Shown: piece after piece, positions 1 through 37,669 of the stretch
Position numbering within the stretch: the first letter of the stretch is position 1
Layout of the letters: each line of letters opens with the position of its first letter
Origin: the human T2T-CHM13v2.0 reference genome, Homo sapiens
NCBI RefSeq assembly: GCF_009914755.1
Contig: NC_060939.1
Strand: one strand, 5' to 3'
Length of the DNA: 64,000 nt
Program-made: the position numbers and the translations under genes
The notes under the pieces: model-generated
Told to the model about the DNA's origin: nothing
Databases searched by the model: none
The model's input: the letters and a program-made list of their open reading frames with translations, nothing else

Positions 1-34
1 AGAGGGTTAGAAGAGCTCACAATCCTCCTTCCCT

Positions 35-312
35 CCCCGCCACCCCCACCCCCACAGCTTACAGTCCACAGGAGGCAGGGGCAAGGGGTCCTCACCACCC
101 CCACCCCCACAGCTTACAGTCCACAGGAGGCAGGGGTAAGGGGTCCCTGCCACCCCCACCCTCACAGCTTACAGTCCACAGGAGGCAGGGGTAAGGTAAG
201 GGGTCCCCGCCACCCCCACCCCCACAGCTTACAGTCCACAGGAGGCAGGGGCAAGGGGTCCCCGCCACCCCCACCCTCACAGCTTACAGTCCACAGGAGG
301 CAGGGGCAAGGG
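35..312. repeat. Minisatellite, ~55-bp unit x5 (CSK intron 1)
   Basis: Core cagcttacagtccacaggaggcaggg starts at 55, 110, 165, 225 and 280 (periods 55, 55, 60, 55; one unit has an extra gtaag). Confidence 0.95.
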
Positions 313-1186
313 ATGGTTCCTGTACTTAGTGGTGACTGAGTCATGTGGATGGAGGCAGGTTTCAGGCTCATCCTCCTTGGGCCTCAGTGTCCCTGCCTAA
401 ACAGCAGGATTGATGGCCTGGCCTCTGGGGATAGAAAGGGCCCTGTATTCTGGGAGGAACGGAAGCTCTTTCATCCAGGGGATGGGGCAGGGGCGCACCA
501 GACATTTCCAAGTTCAGGGTTTCATTCCAGCCCCTCCTCAGCCAGCTTGCAGGAGATACCTGTCCTCCCCTTCAGGGTAAGCAAGACTTAGAAGGGTTGA
601 GTCACTCACCCCAAGTCGCACAGTCAACAGAGCCAGGTATTAAGCCCAGGCCTGACTATAGAGCCAGGTGTGCGGCCTGGAAGTGTTGGTTCTCCCTGGC
701 CGTCTCCTCCCCAGCTCCTTCTGCTCTCCATGATCACATGCCCCCCTGCTGAGGCCCCATCGCCCTTGGAGTCAAACCCTGGTTCCTCACATTGGCAGTG
801 GAAGTCCCCCTGCTGCCTGGCAGAGTTTATGCCAGGCCCACTTGAAACCATCCCCTACAGTGTCCCCTGAGCAGCGGTGCTCAAGGTGGACTCTGGAAGT
901 GTGTGGGGTCCTAGAGCCCCAGATGGGCAGGGTCTGCCTTCCCGCTTCCCTCACCATCGGCTTCCACCTGGGCCAGTTTCTCATACTATGCCAGTCCCCT
1001 GCCTGACACCTTTGCTCAGACTGCTGCATCAACCTGGGGTGCCTTCCCTGGCCCGCCCTCTGCCTGTGTAAGCCCTGCAATCTTCAGGGCTCAGCCCCAG
1101 AGCTCCCTCCTCCAGGGAGCCTGTCTGAGCTCTGCAGTCCGTGCCTACTTCACACCCCCAGCACTTTGCACTAAAATGTCTTCTCC

Positions 1187-1260
1187 CGCGCCACTGCACT
1201 CCAGCCTGGGCAACAGAGCAAGACTCCGTCGCAATAATAACAATAATAATAAAATAAAAT
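1187..1260 (+). mobile_element. 5'-truncated Alu (right-arm end plus A-rich tail) with target-site duplication
   Basis: cgcgccactgcactccagcctgggcaacagagcaagactccgtc followed by an (aat)n tail; taaaatgtct flanks both sides. Confidence 0.85.
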
Positions 1261-1601
1261 GTCTCCTTCCACTGGGGTAGGTAGCAATATTTGTGACTGT
1301 CAGCCTAGCCCCCAGACCTCATCCACTGTATCAAAGAGCCCAGCAAAGAGGCTCATGGAGGAGTTTCTCTTCTAACACACTGTGACCACGAAGATGCCAC
1401 TGGCCCTTTCTCACCCTCAGTTTCCTCACCCGTAGAAAGGAAACAGTAGTTCCAGCCCCTCTGCTTCCTGAGACAGGTCCAAGGGGGCTCTGGGCTGGGA
1501 TTACAAAGTATGTGTGTGCAGACGGGTGGGTTGCTGCTCTCAGGGAATGGGGTTGGCTAGGGTAGCTTTTTTGGGGAGTCAACTTTATTGAAGTAAATAT
1601 A

Positions 1602-2576
1602 CGGTTGACCCTTGAACAACACAGGGGTTGAGGGCATCAACCTCCTCCCTGCAGTCAAAAAATCATATATTAACTTTTGACTCCTCAAAAACTTAACTAC
1701 TAATAGCCTATTGTTGTCAGAAAGCCTTGTAGATAAAGTTGATTGACACTCATTTTGTTTGTTATATATATTATATACTGTATTCTTACAATAAAGTAAG
1801 CTAGTGAAAATAAAATAAGAAAATCATATGGCCGGGTGCAGTGGCTCACACCTGTAATCTCAGCACATTGGGAGGCTGGGGCAGGCGGATCACTTGAGGC
1901 CAGGAGTTCAAGACCAGCATGGCCAATATGGTGAAACCCTGTATCTACTAAAAATACAAAAATTGGTCTGCTGTGTTGGCGCACGCCTATGATCCCAGCT
2001 ACTCAGGTGGTCAAGGCATGAGAATCACTTGAACCTGGGAGGCGGAGGTAGTTGCAGTAAGCCGTGAGTCACCCCACCACTGCGTTCCAGCCTGGGCGAC
2101 AGAGTCTTGCTGTCTCAAAAAAAAAAAGAAAGAAAATCATAAGGAAGAGGAAATATATCTACTATTCTTTAAGTCGAAGGGGATCATTATGAAGGTCTTC
2201 ATCCTTCACATTGAGTAGGCTGAGGAGGAAGAGGAAGAGTTGGTCTTGCCGTCACAGAGGTGGCAGAGGTGGAGGCGGAGGAGGTGGAAAGGAAGGCAGA
2301 AAAGGCAGGCACACTCAGTGTAACTTACTGAAAAACATCCAGCCACGTGTGGTGGCGCATGCCTGTGGTAATCGCTACTTAGGAGGCTGAGGCAGGAGGA
2401 TTGGCTGAACCCAGGGGTTTGAGGCTGCTGTGAGCTATGATCACGTCACTGCACTCCTGCCTGGGCAACAGAGTGAGACCCTTTCTCAAAAAAAAAAAAA
2501 AAAGAAAAGAAAAATAAAAAATCCATGTGTAACTGGACCTGCGCAGTTCAGACCCGAGTTGTTCAAGTGTGCACTA
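1602..2576. mobile_element. Tigger2/MER28-like TcMar DNA transposon interrupted by two sense Alus (~1829-2130, ~2341-2520)
   Basis: Terminal inverted repeats cggttgacccttgaacaac (1602) and gttgttcaagtgtgcacta (ends 2576), flanked by TA dinucleotides; matches the CAGTTGACCCTTGAACAAC terminus as I recall it. Confidence 0.75.
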
Positions 2577-2819
2577 TACACCAAAAAGTGTGCCGATCGC
2601 AATGGTACAGCTCAGTGAATTGTCACAGAGTGGACCCACTTCATGATTGGGCTCAGACAGTCTGAAAACCAACCCCAGAGGTCCCCTTGCATTCCTTCCA
2701 GTCTCCCTGTCCCAAGAGCAGCTATCCTGACAGCATGGATTAGTTTGGCCAGATTTTGAACTTTATTCAAATGGAATTACATAATATGTACTTTCCTGTG
2801 TCTGGCTTCTTGGTTAACA

Positions 2820-3435
<616 letters not shown>

Positions 3436-4191
3436 AAATTCATCAGTGTTATTTAATGGTTGGAGTTTGTGTTGGAGTTTATTTAATGGTTGGTGTTTAC
3501 TGCTGTACGTAGTCCCTTTTGTGAATATGCCACTGTTTATCCATTTTCCTCTGGATCGGCATCTGGGCAGCTCCCAGTTTGAGGTTTATTACAAAGCATG
3601 CCACTTGTAGCCCTCCTGTGCCTGTCTAGGCAGACACATGTCCTGTGTCCTCTCGGTGTGTACCTAGAAGTGGGGTTGGTATATGTTTAGAGATGCTACC
3701 TGGGCGGGATTTTGCAGGTGAAGGACCCAAGGACCCACAGAGCATAAGGGACTTTCTCAGATCACATAGCCCCTTCTCAGAGCTGCTCCGGGGCCCCTTT
3801 CCCCACAGAACAGTAGCTGGAACCAGGCCTGGGGCTGACGGTCAGGTGTCCATTGTCCCACTAGCCCCCTTTGCTCCTTTCTATCAGTCCTGGAAGGCCC
3901 CTTGTGGCCTTAGGGTTGGTGGCTCCCTCTGCCCCTGGGGGTCCTCAGCCCTCATGCTCCTCTACCCAGTACCGTCAGCCTGCCAGGACTGGAGAGAATG
4001 GCCCATGTGTCAAATCCCAGCGCAGGACACTCTTGGCACCTGTTCATGCCCAGTGAGGAGCCAGATCTCAGCAGTTGGGGGGCATTTCTTCACACCCCTC
4101 CTCAGTCTTCATGCTCTTCCCCACAGCTCTAATGGTACCAAGTGACAGGTTGGCTTTACTGTGACTCGGGGACGCCAGAGCTCCTGAGAAG

Positions 4192-8407
<4,216 letters not shown>

Positions 8408-9038
8408 CGGCTGGCCTCCGCCTGGGTCATGGGCCTGTGGGGACTGAACCTGGAAGATCATGGACCTGGTGCCCCTGCTCACTGGGCCCGAGCCTGAACT
8501 GAGCCCCAGCGGGCTGGCGGGCCTTTTTCCTGCGTCCCAGCCTGCACCCCTCCGGCCCCGTCTCTCTTGGACCCACCTGTGGGGCCTGGGGAGCCCACTG
8601 AGGGGCCAGGGAGGAAGGAGGCCACGGAGCGGGAGGCAGCGCCCCACCACGTCGGGCTTCCCTGGCCTCCCGCCACTCGCCTTCTTAGAGTTTTATTCCT
8701 TTCCTTTTTTGAGATTTTTTTTCCGTGTGTTTATTTTTTATTATTTTTCAAGATAAGGAGAAAGAAAGTACCCAGCAAATGGGCATTTTACAAGAAGTAC
8801 GAATCTTATTTTTCCTGTCCTGCCCGTGAGGGTGGGGGGGACCGGGCCCCTCTCTAGGGACCCCTCGCCCCAGCCTCATTCCCCATTCTGTGTCCCATGT
8901 CCCGTGTCTCCTCGGTCGCCCCGTGTTTGCGCTTGACCATGTTGCACTGTTTGCATGCGCCCGAGGCAGACGTCTGTCAGGGGCTTGGATTTCGTGTGCC
9001 GCTGCCACCCGCCCACCCGCCTTGTGAGATGGAATCGT

Positions 9039-9044
9039 AATAAA
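9039..9044 (+). terminator. CSK polyadenylation signal AATAAA
   Basis: First AATAAA I find after the stop codon, ~630 nt downstream and after a U-rich 3'UTR segment at 8690-8750. Confidence 0.85.
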
Positions 9045-10039
9045 CCACGCCATGAGGACACCGCCGCCCGCCTCGGCGCTTCCTCCACCGAGCCTGCTTG
9101 TCCTGCCCGGTCGTCCCTCCCATGCCATCTTGTCCATCCCCCTGTGTCTGTGAGTGGGGCTGGGTGGGGAGCATGGCTGGGAGATGTAGCCGCCGCTTTG
9201 TGTCAGCTGCACGAGTGAGTGTCCTTGTGTCTGCCCTCCGGGAAGTGCTCACCAGTTGCCCTGCTGCCGCCAGGCCCAGCTCCGGGGCCCCATCTACAGG
9301 ATGCTGCCTGGGGGTTCCAGCTGCCTCCCCTGCTGTTTTCAAGCCTGCCGCACAAGGAGGGCTACAGCTAGGGATGGGAGGGAGCCCAGGCCTGCACAGA
9401 TGGGAACGGGGTTCTAGTCAAGCCCCCTGTGCAAGAGAGAGAAAAAGCAATGGTGGGCCCAGTGGGCTTCCTCTGGCAGGAGGAGAAGTGTCTCATGCCT
9501 GAGAAGATGCTGACCCGGAGAGGGACGGGAAAGCTCCTGGTGGTTCTCCAGTTTCACCCACGATGTCACAGCTTTGCCCTGTCCCCACCCCTGCCATGTG
9601 CCAGGCCTTAGGTCATACCAGACTTGGCAGGGGTTGAGGATGCAGGGCAGAGGGGAGATCCTGGCACCTTCCAGTCAGGGGGAGTCCCTCCCCACCCCAC
9701 CTTGTCGGGGAACATATAGAGAATGTGGACCAGCCATGAGATTTTCTCCCCTCACTCAGGTTGTCCAGGGGCAGTGGTCAGTACAGAACCTCTGAAGGTG
9801 TGAGGAGGCTTCATGTATTCCCTGAGGCAGGCAGGTGGGGTGTTCCCCTGTCCTGTTGTGGCCCCGACCCTTCCTCTACCAGCCAACAGGACCTGAAATC
9901 CAGGAAGATCTGACTTCGAAGTCTACCTTGTGTCTGTTCCTCAGCCCCACTGTAGTTCCATCTACCAGTGCAACAGCCTCCTCGCCGCCTCCACTCCATC
10001 TTCTCTGCATACTGCCAGACTTAATTTTTCTAAAACTAC

Positions 10040-15940
<5,901 letters not shown>

Positions 15941-16190
15941 GTGAAATGATTTCTCATAGCATGTTCTAACATTTCACATGTACAACTTTGATTTTAATCC
16001 ATTTGTAAAGCTTCAGTCACTGACTCCTATTGGGAACCTCCAAAGCACAGTAAAATTTCAGCTATCCAGGATTCTTGGCAAATGAGTCATTCTGGAAAAC
16101 CAACTTTTATTTGGATGAAAATATTTGAAATATAGGATTTCTTTCTTTCTAAAAAAAATTTTTAATGAAAATTTTCAAATATATAAAAAT

Positions 16191-18143
<1,953 letters not shown>

Positions 18144-18747
18144 TAAAATTTGGCTCCAAACAAGGTCTGCACGTTGCGTTTTTGTGCTGTCTCTAAAGAC
18201 TCCCTTCTTTTTTCCATGTAATGCTTTTGTTGAGGAAACCAGGCTGCTTGGAAGGATGAGCCTGGGGGAATTCGGGAGAGGGAGAGAGGGGGCAGGGAGG
18301 AGAGAAGGATGGGTGTCCAGATAGATGTGCCATCCATGCTGGGGGACACAGGCAGAATGTGGAGGCCTGTCTCCCTAACTGGGAGGGGAGGCCAGGGCTG
18401 CTGAAGGGTGGGGGCCAACCCTGGGCACCCCCCCTTCCCCTCTGCCGCATCCAACTGCTGGAAGTGATGGGAGACAGAAAGATGGCCTGAGTCAGGAGCA
18501 GGGGCAGAGCTCAGGTTGTCGTGGGGTCCCGCTGCCCACGTCAGACTGGAGGTGAGGGATGGGCGGGGCCTGACAGCAGGCCTGGAAGGAACAGGATGTC
18601 TATGCTGGAGATAGAGGGAGAGGACAGTGCCAAAACCCAGCTCCTGGCCAGTCCCCAGCTCCTCCCTGCCTGGCCCTATCCCAGGATCCCCTCCCCGGCC
18701 TCCCAGCTATGATCTACCCCGGGGCCCAGACTTCAGGCGCCTTCACG

Positions 18748-31501
<12,754 letters not shown>

Positions 31502-32319
31502 CCCACCTCAGAGCCTGCTTTGCATCACTGGGAAGCAGGCAGTGTCTTGGGTGGGGGCTTGGTCAGTATCCTCTCCGTCTGGGTGCCCAGCTCCCACGCA
31601 CACCTGAGCTTTCGGCATGCTCCCACCTCGTTAAAGGTGATTTCCCTCTCCCCATGCTGTGATATGCTGGTCTTCTTTCCAGCCTCACCCTAATCTCTGT
31701 GAAGGCTTCCACCCCTTCTGAGTACCTGGCTGGGAGTGCGCTCCAAGCAGGCAAGGAGGCCAAGGCCTGGCTTAACCTCCAAAAGACCGGATACCCCACG
31801 GGCTTTGAACCCTCGACTATGGAGGGAAAGAGAGCCATGACTGTATATAATTCTGTCCTCAAACTCACCCATAACAGAGAGCAGTGTCTCCCAGTGTCCC
31901 TCCTGGCCCAGCTCAGCCAGCATCACTGAGCAGCTCTCTCCCTCCCCACTCCTAGCTGCTCCAGGGGCAGCAGGGGAGGCGCGTGACAGAGCAACCCTGA
32001 GAGGCCAACTCGTGGAACCATAACTGGGATTCCCGCTCGCGCCCTCAGGTCTCCCTCCCTTTTCCAGCGTCAAGCTCTCTGGGCAGCTGCTGGGTTCAGT
32101 GACTTGGGTGGGTGGGGAGAATGGGGGGCACCCAAGGCTGGGTTTTTACCCCTTGCTGCTACCTGGATCTCCCAGCTGAAATCCTAGTTATTAGTGGCCC
32201 AGGAGAGGAGAAAGTTGGAAGAGGCTATGGAACAGGGTTCCGGGAGTGTATGAGCTCAACCCCTCTCCCGGGAGAGCGACCCCACCACCGCAGGCCCTAA
32301 TCCTCTGTCAGCAGTGCCC

Positions 32320-32780
32320 AGCGGAGCTCGGCGTTGAAGGAGGCACGTGGGGGAGGCGGGAGTGGGGAGCGGGCACGTGGTCCAGCCTTCTCAGCCCCGT
32401 GCTGCCCCCCGCCCCCAGTGAGGAGGGGTTTGGGGAGGTGGGGGCGGGCCCGGGCGGGGGCGGGCGGCGGGCGGTGCCAAGCGTGGGGCGCGGGCCCGCG
32501 GCGGGAGCTGTCCGCGAAACCTAGTGCTGAAGTAGGCGCGGACGTGCCCGGTGCCTGGCGCGTGGTAGCAGGCGCCCGGTGCCCCGGCCGGCGAAGACCA
32601 TGGCGTTCATGGTGAAGACCATGGTGGGCGGCCAGCTGAAGAACCTCACTGGGAGCCTGGGAGGCGGCGAGGATAAGGGAGATGGGGACAAGTCGGCAGC
32701 CGAAGCTCAGGGCATGAGCCGGGAGGAGTACGAGGAGTATCAGAAGCAACTCGTGGAAGAGAAGTGAGTGGGATCCCTTC
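32320..32780 (+). promoter_or_regulatory. CpG-island promoter/exon 1 of CPLX3 with GC boxes and a G-quadruplex-prone tract (32432-32471)
   Basis: High CpG density, repeated GGGCGG, directly upstream of the ATG at 32600. Confidence 0.85.
32504..32531 (-). promoter_or_regulatory. Candidate bipartite (long-spacer) RE1/NRSE REST site
   Basis: Minus strand reads TTCAGCACT-n9-GGACAGCTCC. Confidence 0.6.
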
Positions 32781-35700
32781 CTGGCTCCAACGACCTCCCC
32801 TCCCCACCCCCACAGCTGCTCAGTCCATCCCCGGGCCAGCCTCAGGTCCCAATCCCTTCTCCCCTACTTTCCTAGACACGGTAAGAGACCGGGAGGTGTC
32901 CTCTACACTGCCCCCAGACCCATCCTATCTGACACCCAAAACCCCGCTCCAGCATCATGCTCCGGCCAAGGGGGAGTGGGGGGAGGGGCGACCGGACGAG
33001 GGACCGACCGGAGCCTGGGACGAGGAAGGGGGTGCACGTGCGTTTCTGACGAAACGATAATCCCTTAATCCGATCTGGTCCCAGCCGCCTATGTCTTCCA
33101 ACTGGGGCTCCTCTGAACTTGAGGCTCTGAAAAAAGTGGTGCAGCCGCTCAGAGTCGCGGAGACAGACCCTGAGATGGGGGCACTCACAAACATTGAGCA
33201 CTTGTGTGCCCGCAGTGCTGGGACAGAGTTTGGGGCTGGACTCTGCTGCTAGGCTACTTGGGTTCAGAGCCTGGCTTTGCCTATTAGCTGGATAACTTTA
33301 GGCAAGTTACTTAACCTTTCTGTGCCTCTGTTTCCTTTTCTGGAAAGTGGGGATGGTAATCATAATACATGCCTTGTATATTTATGAAGATTAAATGCCA
33401 ATGCATGTAAACTGTTTAGCACAGCACCTGGCACATGATAAAGTCTCATAAATGATAGCTATTATTTCGCTCAATCCTGATAACAGTTTTGTGAGTTGCA
33501 AAATTTTATCCCCATTTTACAGAAGAGGAAGGTAAGTGACTTACCTAAGGATATACCTAAAATGGTAGTGGAGCTGGGATGTGAACCCAAGTTTGGCCTG
33601 AATACTTTTCCCCACATGACATAGCTTGTCAGTGAGGGAACAGCAGACCAAGTTGGAGGCCATGAGGGACAAATAATTAGGATCTGCAGAGAGAGCCAGA
33701 CAGACTGCCACCCTGGTTCCCTAGTTCCATCCAGTGGCAGAGACGACAAAGGGCACTGTGATGGGGAGAGGCAGCAGAAACCTGGATGTCCGGGTTGGAG
33801 CGCTTTTGCTACACACAGGGACCAATGCAGCAGCTGCTAGGACTCAGAGACCCCTTCTGTCCCTCCCTCGAAGACCTCAACCCCCTTCTCTCAGCCCTCG
33901 TGGTGACTCTGCCTCCGGTGACCCTGCAGGATGGAGCGGGATGCACAGTTCACACAGAGGAAGGCAGAGCGGGCCACACTGCGGAGCCACTTCCGAGACA
34001 AATACCGGCTACCCAAGGTAAGCTGGCCCCGGCTGTGAGGCACATCTGGGACCCTGAGCTCTGGGTTCTGGACTCCTTCGCCCCATTCTGGGCACCACAG
34101 CCCTCAGCTATGAGACTCACAGGGTATTTGGTTAGATCCTTCCTTCTCATTCATTTGTTCTTTTATTCATTCACTCACTCGTAGTTAAATCTGTGCCCAC
34201 CAAGGGCCAGGGCTTTGTGCTGAGGGGACCCCAGTCCTCATGAGACTGACAGGTCTGTATTTCTGGAGCCAATCTAGGCCTCTTCTCTCCTCCACCCCCC
34301 ATATCCCCACCAAGCCTGGGCCAGGCCTGGGCAGAGGAAGACACAGGGGAGGCAGAAATCAGTAGATTTGACTGCAGAGGTGAGTGTTCTGGGGGTTTCT
34401 GAACCTACTGAAGGGCAGAACTTACTTAAGGTGGGGGAGAGAAGCCCTGTGTGTGCCAAGTACTTGACCTTCATGTCCTCATCTAACCCCCAATAATGCT
34501 GCCAGGCAGCTATCACCCACAGCGACAAAAGATGAAACTGAGGCTAAGAGAAATGGAGGGACTTGGCTAAGATCATACAGCCAGTGAGCCATGGAGCTGG
34601 GACCAGCCCTCAAGCCGGTGAATATGAGCCTGCCTTTGCTCCAGGGCCCCAGGCTGCTTTCCAGAGTATGGAGTCTGCCCGTAGAGAGCCAAGTACCCCC
34701 TTGGCCGGCCAAGCAGCCAGAGAGTATATCTCAGGAGATCCCTGCCCCCACGCTCCCCTGGGCAGTGCACCACCAGATGGGCGTGTAAGTGTGCTGCTCC
34801 TGTTGTCTAAGGAGGGGAATGAAGCACAAATCTCTCCCAGAATATCACCCTAGTGCATCCAGAACTGTGCTGGACTCAGGGGAAAACAGCACAGGGCTAT
34901 AGCGCTCCTGATTTTGATCTTCCACTTGAATTGAATGACCAAATATATGAACATCACATTCACTCATTCAACAAATATTTAGTGAGTCCCCAGCTGCTTC
35001 TGACTCCCCACAGGGCACCAATCTTTTGGAAATCTGTCACGGGGAAAAACCGGTCCAGAAAGCCTGCCTCACTGCAAACTCTTCTAGGAATAAAATCATT
35101 CCTCAGATGCTTGCGCTAGGCATATAAGAGACACCTGCCATCAGCAAAGTCAGAGTTGAGCAGAAGAGCCAAGACTTGGATGCAACTGAGTAGGACATAA
35201 GGCGCCCCCCAGAAGAATAGTGAAGGGCAATGGTCATCGTAGGTGCCATGCAAAAAAACACAGATGTTGGAATCAGTGACATAGGTTTGAATCTAGCTCC
35301 CCAACATCCTGCCTGTGTGATCTTGGATAATTTAAGTTACTTAAGTTACTTAAGTTAGTTAAGTAACTTAAATTTAAAGTAAGTTACTTAAATCCTGTAA
35401 GCCTCAATTTCCTTATTTGTGAAGTGGAAATAACAATACCTACCTACCTCACAGGGTTATTGTGAGAATTAAAAGCACCCAGCTCAACGTCTGCCATGTA
35501 ATAGATATAATAGATGTTTGATAAATGGTACCCATCACTATTTTTGGTTACACCCTTAAGCATAACAAGAGTCAAAACATGACTTAGCTGACTGTAACAG
35601 TGTGACTCATAGGTATTTTCATTTTGTCTTTACTCACTGTGCTGGTCCTTCAGCATCTCAGAGTGAAATAAGGTAATATAAAAAGGTCTCCATGTCCAGG

Positions 35701-36250
35701 CATCAAACGCTTGATCCTGGGATGTGGGGGTGGGAGCTGAGCTCACTGGAACATGGGGCTCAAGAATCTAAGGGGCCGGGCACAGTGGCTCATTCCTGTA
35801 TTCCCCCGGCACTTTGGGAGGCCAAGGTGGGCATATCACTTGAGCCCAGGAGTTTGAGACCAGCGTGGGCAACATAGGGAGACCTCGTCTCTACAAAAAA
35901 AAAAAAAAAGAAAAAATAGAATCTAGGGGCCTGGAACCCAGTCCAAGCCTCCTCCCTGTCCTCTCAACTCTGGGTCCTCACAGACTTCCACTCCACCCCA
36001 CCCCCTCTTCCCCTCTTCCCTTCAGAACGAGACAGATGAGAGCCAGATCCAGATGGCAGGTGGAGACGTGGAGCTGCCCCGGGAGCTGGCCAAGATGATC
36101 GAGGAGGACACAGAGGAGGAGGAGGAGAAGGCCTCAGTCCTTGGGCAGCTGGCCAGCCTTCCTGGCTTGAACCTGGGCTCACTCAAGGACAAGGCCCAGG
36201 CCACACTGGGGGATCTCAAGCAATCAGCTGAGAAGTGTCACGTCATGTGA
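32600..36250 (+). CDS. CPLX3: Complexin-3, 158 aa. Exons: 32600-32763, 33930-34017, 36026-36250
   Basis: Exons sum to 477 nt. [18 protein letters not shown]..., central helix [27 protein letters not shown]-terminal CaaX box CHVM typical of complexin 3/4. Confidence 0.99.
33230..33600. mobile_element. Two MIR SINEs in opposite orientation (CPLX3 intron 1)
   Basis: ggcaagttacttaacctttctgtgcctctgtttcc and atccccattttacagaagaggaa..aagtgacttacctaagg are MIR core motifs. Similar MIR remnants lie at ~1350-1460, 5590-5720, 7090-7260, 14780-14905, 21690-21800 and 23110-23300. Confidence 0.7.
35260..35540 (+). mobile_element. MIR SINE with an internally amplified AT-rich palindromic core
   Basis: MIR motifs (tgtgtgatcttgg, gcctcaatttccttatttgt, cctcacagggttattgtgagaattaaa) flank AAGTTACTT repeats. 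Confidence 0.75.
35775..35915 (+). mobile_element. Alu monomer (FLAM-like)
   Basis: Left-arm consensus plus A tail; agaatcta(a/g)gggg flanks both sides. Confidence 0.85.
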
Positions 36251-37669
36251 CCACTTCCCCGGGGTTACCCACTGGGCTGGGCCCCCATGAGGGCTAAGAG
36301 TGTGTCAACTTCCAGGGACCCATACTCCATTTGGGGCTTTGTTTCCCTTGCCCCATCCTAGTTCCAAGACCTTTCCCATCCATGCCCCAAGCCTATCTTC
36401 TGGTTTCTTCCTCTCCGCTGGGAGTAAAGTCCCCATCTTCACTCTACCCTTCAGGACCCTCCCCACCAGCTCAGCCTGTGGAGGCCTCCCAAGATTGTAG
36501 GAATAGGCCCATCCCTCTCTGGCCATGGCCCCAAGTTCCTGCACACAGGAGCACCCACAGAGAGACACACACAGGACACAAAACCCCTGGCACGTTCAGA
36601 GACAGAAGCCACAGATACATCCCGGCACAGACAGACACACACGAGGCCAGCTCCCTTGCGTGTCCAGCCCCTCCAGACACCACCACTCAGAAACTCTGAG
36701 AGAGAGCATGGGCAGACACCCTCAGCAGACAGGAGGCCTGAGTTCCAGTCTCCACCTTTATTGTTCTTGAAAGCCCCTGCTCTCTCTGAGCCTTATTTCA
36801 TCATCTGTAAAATGGGAATGTCCTGAATGACTTCTAAGGCTCTTTCTGGCTTGAACTGTCAGAGCCAAGCCCACATCCCTCCTTGGGCAGGGCAGCAGCT
36901 GCTGCCACAGCCTCCAGCGGCTGCCACTGTGGGCTCTGGGAGCCGGAGCGATGCTGTGTGAGAGGCAGAGTGCCAAGGATGAAGCTGGCACTGAACAGTA
37001 AGCGGCTCCAGGCCTCCTCTGGGCCCAGGGCCCAGCCAATTTCTGTTCTGTTCCTGTAGAACGCTCTCTGGATTCCATAGCTGGAATCTCCTCTCTTAGC
37101 TCAGTGAAAAATAAAAATCCCAAATGGTGTGCCTACCTTCCCACTTCTTACTGGCTTCCAGGAGTCTTGGAGTTCATAGCCCCCCGAGCCTGCCTTAAAG
37201 GGGTGTCCTCCACCCCCCACCTACAGCTTCACAGGAGGGGAGAAGGCATCCAGTGCTAGGAGTAGAAGTGTCTCCAGCTCTGTTCTCTTGGGGCCCTGGG
37301 TGAAGGTGGGGTCTGGGGCTTATGAAATAGGTCTGGGCTTTGAGGAGGATGGAGCAGCCTCATTATGTGGGGAAGATGGGGCCTCTGGGGCGTCACTGAG
37401 ACCACAGGTGGGGCCGGGGCTGGACCGCAGCTGTCTTGGGTGCCTGTGCCTACACCCCTCCTCACCCTAGAGACGGAAGATGTGCAAAAAGAAAGAAGGA
37501 AGGGCAACTGCATTCCAGCCCCACACTGTGATGACTTTGAGCCTGTCCTTTCCCTCCTTGAGCCTGTCTTGCTTGTCCCCTGTAAAATGAACAGTCCCCC
37601 TCTCCCCCAAATAGTAATAATACATGTTTCAAAGGGTGACCATTTATAAAGCATATGACAAACCATATC

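Noticed and set aside
35-312. Regular repeats resembling a CRISPR array; ORFs 92..280 and 162..371
   Set aside because: Units are contiguous with no unique spacers, the DNA is human intron, and the ORFs simply translate the repeat.
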